A stretch of DNA of 64,000 nt, taken from an uncultured Spirochaetota bacterium (GTDB lineage: Bacteria > Spirochaetota > Spirochaetia > SZUA-6 > Fen-1364). The translations under genes and the position numbers were made by a program. Under the pieces are notes generated by a model, which was given only the letters and a program-made list of their open reading frames with translations, made no database searches and was not told the DNA's origin. This document shows, piece by piece, positions 58,051 to 64,000 of this stretch; positions within the stretch are counted from its first letter, which is position 1; each line of letters opens with the position of its first letter. The stretch covers positions 32,001 through 96,000 of the forward strand of contig CAVUXE010000073.1 in the NCBI GenBank assembly GCA_963745235.1, written 5' to 3'.

Positions 58051-58078
58051 AGCGAGCCCGCGACCTGGAGGTTGAATC

Positions 58079-58663
58079 GTGCAAGTGCTGCAAGTGGTGT
58101 ATGCGATCATCATCGTCTATGTGCTCGTGCTCTCCGTGCGCATTGTCATGGGTTGGTTTGCGCCTCAGGCGCTCGGCAGGGCATGGGAGCTTTTGCGTGC
58201 CGTAACCGACCCGTACCTCGACCTTTTCCGCCGCATCCGGTTTCTCCGCGGCGGCATGTTCGATTTCAGCCCCATTGCCGCTGTCCTGGTCCTGGTCCTT
58301 GCGGCGGACCTTATTGGCCAGCTCGTGAACTGGGGCAGGATCACCGTGGGCTTCTTCCTCGCCTCCGCATTCGCCGCGGCATGGTCGGGGGCGCGCTTCC
58401 TCCTGCTCCTGTTTCTTATCGTTGGCCTGATCCGGATGATCCCGCTTCTGTTCCGCAGCAGCGCCGGCGCCGGGATCTGGAGGGTGGTGGACCTCATCAT
58501 CCAGCCTCTCGTTGCGTGGGTCATGCGCGTTTTCAACCTGGGGCGGAGGACGGGATATATGCAGCACCTCCTTCTGACGGTGGGCCTTCTTTTTGTCGCC
58601 TGGCTCCTCGGAGAGTTCGTGGTACGACAGATCGTCTACGGACTGTCGCTCCTGCCGTTCTGA
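58079..58663 (+). CDS. yggT: YggT family membrane protein
   Basis: VRIVMGWF...VTDPYLDLFRR...FDFSPI motifs in two YggT repeats; SD GGAGG. Confidence 0.85.
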   Translation: MQVLQVVYAIIIVYVLVLSVRIVMGWFAPQALGRAWELLRAVTDPYLDLFRRIRFLRGGMFDFSPIAAVLVLVLAADLIGQLVNWGRITVGFFLASAFAAAWSGARFLLLLFLIVGLIRMIPLLFRSSAGAGIWRVVDLIIQPLVAWVMRVFNLGRRTGYMQHLLLTVGLLFVAWLLGEFVVRQIVYGLSLLPF

Positions 58664-58689
58664 ACCGGGAGGGCGGGGAAGAGCGGCGC

Positions 58690-60786
58690 GTGTTCCTCTG
58701 GGAGCTGAACCGGGAGGTATCCTCTCTGCGGGGGGTGGGACCGGCCGCGGCGGAACGCCTTGAGCGGCTCGGAGTGCGCGCGGTGCGTGACCTGCTCCTT
58801 CTCCTTCCGCGCGGGTACGAGGACAGGACGGCGTTCACGCCCCTGAACCGGGCTGCATCCGCGGAAAAGGTTGCCGTTGTCGCCACTGTCACCTCGGTCA
58901 CCGAGATCGGGTGGGCGGCCCGCGGCCGGGCGCGAACCCCCAAGGCCATCGTGACGGACGACAGCGCGGAGGCGAGCCTCGTGTGCTTCGGCAGGCCGTT
59001 TCTCCGGTCGGTCCTGGTGCCGGGCGGAAAGTTCTTCATCTGGGGGCACTTCCAGCTGCGCGCCGGGGAGCTTTCCTGCGCGGACTTCGAGCTGGAGCCA
59101 TGGAGCGATGCCCCCGTTTCCTTCGGCCGGATCCTTCCCCTGTATCCCTTGACCGAAGGCCTGACGCAACCGGGCCTGAGAAAGATCGTGCACGCTGCCC
59201 TGGATGCGGCCCTCCCGGAAATCGAACCGGGCCTTCCTGACTCCCTGAGGCGCGCTCGCGGGTTCCTCCCTGTCGGTGAAGCGCTGCGGGGCGCGCATTT
59301 TCCTTCGAGCCTCGCGGAAGGGGAGAGCTGCCGCGCAGCCCTGGCGTACGAGGAGCTTTTCTATTTCGAGATGGGAGTCCTGCGCCGCGCGCGCGCCCTG
59401 GCTGTCCCCCGGCGTGCCAGGCGCCCGGCGAATCCGGCCCTGCGGGACGGGCTCCTTGCCCGGTTGCCGTTCAGCCTGACCGCTGACCAGGAGAACGTGG
59501 TCTCCGAGATCGAGGGAGACCTTTCCTCCTCCGTGCCCATGGCCCGCCTCCTGCAAGGAGACGTGGGGTGCGGCAAGACGCTTGTAGCCCTGCTTGCGGC
59601 TCTCCTGGTGGCAGGCTCGGGGGAGCAGGTTGCTTTTGTCGCGCCGACGGAGCTTCTTGCCCGCCAGCACGCGGAAAGCGCGGCCCGGCTCGTCGAGCCG
59701 CTGGGGGTCAGGATTGCATTCCTCTCGGGGACCGTGACGGGAGAGCCCCGTGCCCTCCTGCTGCACGCCCTGGCCGCCGGGGAGATCGACATCCTTTTCG
59801 GCACGCATGCCCTGTTCTCGGACGACGTGACCTACCGGAACCTCGGGCTTGTCATCATTGACGAGCAGCACAAGTTCGGGGTGCTGCAGCGCCAGGCTCT
59901 CGTGAAGAAAGGGGAGTCTCCCGACCTTCTCCTCATGACAGCCACTCCCATTCCCCGCACGCTTGCCCTCACGGCATTCGGGGATCTTGACGTATCCACC
60001 ATCCGTGCGATGCCCCCGGGGCGCCTGCCGGTCATTACACACCTCGCGCGGGAAGGCAACGAGGAGAAGGTCTATCGCTGGGTGCAGGGAGAGCTTCAGA
60101 AGGGCAGGCAGGCGTATTTCGTGTACCCGCTCATCGGGGAATCCGAATCCCTCGCGGTGAAAGACGCCGAGTCCGCGTTTCGAACGCTTGCCGACCAGGT
60201 GTACCCGGATGTCGCGGTTGCGCTTGTCCATTCCCGGGTTGCAGAAGAAGAGATGGAGAAGATCATGGCGGGGTTTGCCTCCGGGAAGCTCAGTATCCTG
60301 GTGGCAACGAGCGTGGTCGAGGTGGGCGTCGACATCCCGAACGCAACCTGCATGGTCATCGAGCACGCGGAGCGCTTCGGCCTCTCCACCCTCCACCAGC
60401 TTCGGGGCCGTGTCGGCAGGGGCGCGGAGCAGTCCTACGCGTTCCTCGTCTACGGCAGGAAGCTCACCGCGGAAGGGATCGAACGTCTCAAGATCATGAA
60501 GGAGACGACGGACGGCTTTCTCATCGCGGAGCGGGACATGCGCCTGCGCGGTCCCGGCGAGCTCCTGGGCGTCCGCCAGAGCGGCTTTCTCAACTTCCGC
60601 GTTGCCGACCTGCTCGTGGATGGGCCGATGCTGGTCTCCGCCCGGGAAGACGCGGGCAGGGTTCTCAAGGAGGACCCCGGCCTCCTCTTGCCGGGCAACG
60701 TGGCAATTGCACGCATGCTCGCGGCCGGGGCATGGGGGAGCGGCTCGCTGGATACCGGGGGAAGACCGGTGGAGCCCGTGCTGTGA
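58690..60786 (+). CDS. recG: ATP-dependent DNA helicase RecG
   Basis: LRGVGP, PRGYEDR, RLLQGDVGCGKT, IDEQHKFG, MTATPIPRTL, HQLRGRVGRG and LRGPGE motifs. Confidence 0.96.
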   Translation: MFLWELNREVSSLRGVGPAAAERLERLGVRAVRDLLLLLPRGYEDRTAFTPLNRAASAEKVAVVATVTSVTEIGWAARGRARTPKAIVTDDSAEASLVCFGRPFLRSVLVPGGKFFIWGHFQLRAGELSCADFELEPWSDAPVSFGRILPLYPLTEGLTQPGLRKIVHAALDAALPEIEPGLPDSLRRARGFLPVGEALRGAHFPSSLAEGESCRAALAYEELFYFEMGVLRRARALAVPRRARRPANPALRDGLLARLPFSLTADQENVVSEIEGDLSSSVPMARLLQGDVGCGKTLVALLAALLVAGSGEQVAFVAPTELLARQHAESAARLVEPLGVRIAFLSGTVTGEPRALLLHALAAGEIDILFGTHALFSDDVTYRNLGLVIIDEQHKFGVLQRQALVKKGESPDLLLMTATPIPRTLALTAFGDLDVSTIRAMPPGRLPVITHLAREGNEEKVYRWVQGELQKGRQAYFVYPLIGESESLAVKDAESAFRTLADQVYPDVAVALVHSRVAEEEMEKIMAGFASGKLSILVATSVVEVGVDIPNATCMVIEHAERFGLSTLHQLRGRVGRGAEQSYAFLVYGRKLTAEGIERLKIMKETTDGFLIAERDMRLRGPGELLGVRQSGFLNFRVADLLVDGPMLVSAREDAGRVLKEDPGLLLPGNVAIARMLAAGAWGSGSLDTGGRPVEPVL

Positions 60787-61310
60787 GGGTGACCGGGGGC
60801 TCCTACAGGGGACGGAACATCCTCTGTCCGCCCGGGATCATCCGCCCGTCCATGGACAGGATGCGCCAATCCCTGTTCTCCATCCTTGGCGACATGGAGG
60901 GGCTGTCATTCCTCGACCTGTTCAGCGGAACCGGCATCATCGGCGTTGAAGCGGCCTCCCGGGGGGCGAGGCCGGTCCTCCTTGTCGAAAAGGACGCAAG
61001 GAAACGGGGCACGATTCAGAAAAACATTGCCTTCGTGGAAACTCACATCGAGCTCGTGACCTCGCCTGTGGAGCGATTTCTGGCGAATGATCGAAGACAG
61101 TGGGACCTCATCTTCCTGGATCCGCCTTTCGACTTCGCGACCAAGGGGGAGGTCCTGGACGAGGCCTGCCCTCACCTTGCCGCGGAAGGACTGGCGATCA
61201 TCCACCTGCATTCGGCTGAGAAGCTGCCGACGGAACGCCCCGGGCTCGAGCTTGCGGATCGCAGGACGTATGGGCAGTCCCTCCTGCTGTTCTTCCGCCA
61301 CGCCCCCTGA
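60783..61310 (+). CDS. rsmD: 16S rRNA (guanine966-N2)-methyltransferase
   Basis: RVTGGSYRG, IRPSMDRMRQSLF, FLDLFSGTG..EAASRG, IFLDPPF and RTYG motifs. Confidence 0.9.
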   Translation: MRVTGGSYRGRNILCPPGIIRPSMDRMRQSLFSILGDMEGLSFLDLFSGTGIIGVEAASRGARPVLLVEKDARKRGTIQKNIAFVETHIELVTSPVERFLANDRRQWDLIFLDPPFDFATKGEVLDEACPHLAAEGLAIIHLHSAEKLPTERPGLELADRRTYGQSLLLFFRHAP

Positions 61311-61520
61311 GAAGTTTACCTCCGCGGTACTGGCAACTTTGGGTACATTGACTGCACCTCAGGACTTGCGAGGTCGCCAGTGCGACTTGTCCGGACCGTG
61401 ATATGGTACTATTGTGACGCTTCATCCGGTGAGCGTCGTGGGCAGGCGAATTCTGATTCGGCTGGGGCGGGAAGTCACCAGGGCAAGGTGGCAACGCGCT
61501 CCCGCTTTGGGGGCCGCAGA

Positions 61521-61943
61521 ATGAGAATTGCGATCAAAGTGCCAACCAGGAATGACATCCTCCGCAGGGCTCAAGACATTGCCGTTTCTCGCGACGGAGA
61601 GCCCTGGAGCAAGGAGTGCCTGGGAAGGTTCGCGGACATGAACGGCGTGTACGTCCATTGTTCCGGCAAGAAGATCCTCTACGTCGGCAAGACCACCCGG
61701 GGGAACTATGGGACCTTCGGCGAGCGCTTGAGCCGGGAGCTCCAGAAAAAAGCGTCCGGGGACAGCAGCCTCTACAGGCTCCTTTGCAGCCAGAGGAAGG
61801 TCACGACTGCTTTCATCCCGCTTCCGGAGGTCGAAAAAAGGACCCTTGCGAAAGGGCTGTCCAGGGAAGACCTGGCCATCCTGTTCGAGCGGGCGTTGAT
61901 CGCTGTCTTCAAGCCGAGTGGAAACAGCGGCCCCGCCGCCTGA
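61521..61943 (+). CDS. Small stand-alone GIY-YIG family nuclease (putative)
   Basis: GVYVHCSGKKILYVGKT (GIY/YIG strands), conserved R in GERL, then E in FERALI and P-x-x-N. Confidence 0.65.
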   Translation: MRIAIKVPTRNDILRRAQDIAVSRDGEPWSKECLGRFADMNGVYVHCSGKKILYVGKTTRGNYGTFGERLSRELQKKASGDSSLYRLLCSQRKVTTAFIPLPEVEKRTLAKGLSREDLAILFERALIAVFKPSGNSGPAA

Positions 61944-62023
61944 GGAACCCGAGAGAACGGCCGGTTCCGGGAGTCATCCATGGCGACCAGAACCGTTGCC
62001 CGTGCTACGATACCGCCAGGCTT

Positions 62024-62581
62024 ATGGCAGCTTCCCCATGGACCCAGGAGTCGTACCTCAAGGCGTTTCGGTTTGCGGCGAAGGCCCACAGCGGGCAGAC
62101 CGTGACAGGAACCGAGCTCCCCTACCTGGCGCACGTGACAATGGTCGCCATGGAGGTGATGGCCGCGCTGGCCACGGAGCAAGGACTCGACGGGGACCTC
62201 GCGGTGCAGTGCGCGCTCCTGCACGATGTGATCGAGGACACGCACGTGAGTTCCGTTGAGCTTGGACGGGAGTTTGGACCCGCTCTTGCGCGCGGGGTCA
62301 TGGCACTGAGCAAAGACCCGGGCCTCCCCGAGTCAGCGCAGCTGCGGGACAGCCTCCGGAGAATCAGCGCGGAGCCGAGGGAAGTCTGGATTGTGAAGCT
62401 TGCAGATCGCATCACCAACCTTCAGCCTCCTCCACGGCGCTGGAGCAGGGAGAAGATAGTCGTCTACCGGCAGGAAGCGAAAGAGATCCTGGACACCCTC
62501 GGCGCAGCAAGTCGAGTGCTTGGGGAACGGCTGGCGGAAAAGATCGCGCGATACGCGGACTTTGCGAAGGCGTCGGTCTGA
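62024..62581 (+). CDS. HD-domain hydrolase, Mesh1/small alarmone hydrolase-like
   Basis: FAAKAHSGQ, PYLAHV, ALLHDVIEDT, V.ALSK and VKLADRITNL motifs. Confidence 0.85.
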   Translation: MAASPWTQESYLKAFRFAAKAHSGQTVTGTELPYLAHVTMVAMEVMAALATEQGLDGDLAVQCALLHDVIEDTHVSSVELGREFGPALARGVMALSKDPGLPESAQLRDSLRRISAEPREVWIVKLADRITNLQPPPRRWSREKIVVYRQEAKEILDTLGAASRVLGERLAEKIARYADFAKASV

Positions 62582-62619
62582 GCTTTTCGCAAGCCCTTCA
62601 TCGGTCGTATCTTCAGTGC

Positions 62620-63165
62620 GTGAAACCCTTGAAGCACTCGGCGATTCTTGCTGGCTTTGCCGCTGTCGCCTTGATCCTTTCATCGTGCGCCGGCTCTCCG
62701 CAGGGGGCGCAGGCGGGGGGGCAATTCGTGGCTCATCTGTCACCGGCCAAAGACGCGCAGTCTCAGGCTCAAGGTGAGGCCACTTTCCAGCTTTCCCCTG
62801 AGGGGAACAGCCTCAGCTATGAGCTTTCCGTATCGAACCTCATGAACGTCACGATGGCGCACATTCACGTGTCAGCGGCCGCGGGGCAGTCGGGAGACAT
62901 TGCGGTGTGGCTTTACCCTGCCAAACCGCCCATGGTCCTCAAGGAAGGAACGTTCAGCGGGGTCCTGGCGCAGGGCACCATCACCGCGAGCAACCTTGAA
63001 GGGCCGCTCGCAAACGGAAGCATTTCGGACCTGGTTGACCGCATCAGGAAGGGCCTGGCCTATGTGAACGTCCACACGAGCCAGTACCCCGGCGGTGAGA
63101 TCCAGGGGACGATTGTGGCTCCCGCGGGGAAAGGTGGGACGGATCAGACACCCAGCAAGTATTAG
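62620..63165 (+). CDS. CHRD-domain lipoprotein
   Basis: Lipobox LSSC, AHIH, and AYVNVHTSQYPGGEIQG. Confidence 0.88.
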   Translation: MKPLKHSAILAGFAAVALILSSCAGSPQGAQAGGQFVAHLSPAKDAQSQAQGEATFQLSPEGNSLSYELSVSNLMNVTMAHIHVSAAAGQSGDIAVWLYPAKPPMVLKEGTFSGVLAQGTITASNLEGPLANGSISDLVDRIRKGLAYVNVHTSQYPGGEIQGTIVAPAGKGGTDQTPSKY

Positions 63166-63245
63166 ACGCCGAGCTCTGGCGACACGTCATCCGTAGACAA
63201 AGCGGCCCAAAAGTGATTATCCTTCCTTGTTGAAAAAAGCCTGAT

Positions 63246-63318
63246 GCCCTTGTAGCTCAGTCGGTAGAGCACCTCCTTGGTAAGGAGGGGGTCAGCGGTT
63301 CAAATCCGCTCGAGGGCT
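63246..63318 (+). tRNA. tRNA-Thr (GGT)
   Basis: 73-nt cloverleaf: acceptor GCCCTTG/CGAGGGC, anticodon arm CCTCC-TTGGTAA-GGAGG, T-loop TTCAAAT; CCA not encoded. Confidence 0.97.
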
Positions 63319-63437
63319 CGAGATGGACGGTGCGGGAAAGGCTGCTCCGTTCCAGGAAAGGCAGAATCCGCGACCACTTGACACTCATGGCTTCATGTAT
63401 ATAAATTTGTCGTTCAACCTACTCCAGGGAGATACGA

Positions 63438-63614
63438 ATGGCCAAAGGGAAAGCGAAGAACCTCGAGCTCGTCGCGCTCCAGTGTACCGAGTGCGACCGG
63501 CGCAATTATACCACCACGAAAAACCGCAAGAATACCCAGGGCAAACTGGAGTTCAGCAAGTATTGCCGGTGGGACAGGAAGCACACTCTCCACAAGGAAG
63601 TGAAGGTAAAGTAG
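63438..63614 (+). CDS. rpmG: 50S ribosomal protein L33 (missing from the ORF track)
   Basis: [58 protein letters not shown], with TTGACA promoter at 63378 and SD AGGGAG. Confidence 0.96.
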   Translation: MAKGKAKNLELVALQCTECDRRNYTTTKNRKNTQGKLEFSKYCRWDRKHTLHKEVKVK

Positions 63615-63619
63615 GCGGA

Positions 63620-63772
63620 GCCAGGGAAGGCGAGGGCGAGCGAGGGCAGGGACGGCGTTCGCGCCGAACGCGTATTCGCGTATGCCCGAGAGCGAGCCCA
63701 GAGCCATGGAGGGCGAGATCGGCCGAGGCGTTCCACGGTACACCGCGGGAGGCCTCGGCCGAAAGGCCGATT
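63620..63772 (+). other. Highly structured intergenic element (multiple hairpins)
   Basis: Two GCC-ANGGAN-GGC hairpins flank a stem with tandem GA internal loops that encloses TTCG and TATT hairpins; a long inverted repeat with an alternative GAAA hairpin follows. Confidence 0.6.
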
Positions 63773-63780
63773 TGATCCAT

Positions 63781-63853
63781 AGGCCAGTAGCTCTAATGGT
63801 AGAGCGCCGGTCTCCAAAACCGGATGTTGCGGGTTCGAGTCCTGCCTGGCCTG
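63781..63853 (+). tRNA. tRNA-Trp (CCA)
   Basis: Cloverleaf AGGCCAG/CTGGCCT, anticodon arm CCGGT-CTCCAAA-ACCGG, T-loop TTCGAGT; standard position before secE. Confidence 0.97.
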
Positions 63854-63868
63854 TAACGGAGAAGAGGA

Positions 63869-64000
63869 ATGAGGAAGATCATCCTGTTTTTTCAAGAGAG
63901 CTTCGCTGAGCTCAAGAAAGTGACATGGCCCAACAGGGAAGAGGCAGCCGCTTCGACCCGGGTGGTGCTCTTGTCCACACTCATCATTGCCGCCATCCTC
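63869..64000 (+). CDS. secE: Preprotein translocase subunit SecE (3' end truncated by the window)
   Basis: MRKIILFFQESFAELKKVTWPNREEA contains the ELKKVTWP signature. Confidence 0.93.
   Translation, partial: MRKIILFFQESFAELKKVTWPNREEAAASTRVVLLSTLIIAAIL

Noticed and set aside
61311-63318. tRNA-anchored integrative element or integron cassette array
   Set aside because: The genes lie 5' of the tRNA; no integrase, duplicated tRNA 3' end or attC-like RYYYAAC...GTTRRRY sites were found.
63319-63437. Absence of tuf between tRNA-Thr and rpmG as an anomaly
   Set aside because: Many lineages, spirochaetes included, carry tuf elsewhere; rpmG has its own promoter here.

Overview
A GC-rich bacterial chromosomal window made up mostly of housekeeping and metabolic genes. 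The gene set (BMP nucleoside ABC system, PFOR/nifJ, a LoaP-like NusG paralogue, rpmG-tRNA-Trp-secE) suggests a free-living anaerobic Spirochaetia-type genome, but this is inference. It carries clpB, a GH1 beta-glucosidase, bshC/bshB1, kbl-tdh, a rhamnose/AI-2-type sugar ABC system with a DeoR regulator, PFOR, a GH29 fucosidase, an FMN-riboswitch-led ABC importer, bioY, a nucleoside ABC system, ligA, loaP-pglF-pglE-like genes, dnaE-hom-PHP-yggT-recG-rsmD, a GIY-YIG/HD/CHRD trio, two tRNAs, rpmG and the start of secE. About 20 single-base indels break genes that include dnaE, clpB and nifJ, so the sequence is probably an unpolished long-read consensus. No CRISPR array, transposase, integrase or prophage was seen. 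The most interesting signals are non-coding: (1) an FMN-riboswitch variant with G10A and G47A changes by my alignment, upstream of an ABC importer and a DUF89 phosphatase; (2) unrelated 15-19 bp tandem arrays at four divergent promoters; (3) a G-AGTA-C hairpin array with covarying stems before yggT-recG; (4) a highly structured 166-nt element between rpmG and tRNA-Trp; (5) repeated leaderless-type promoter architecture. All protein calls come from motif recognition by eye, with no database searches.
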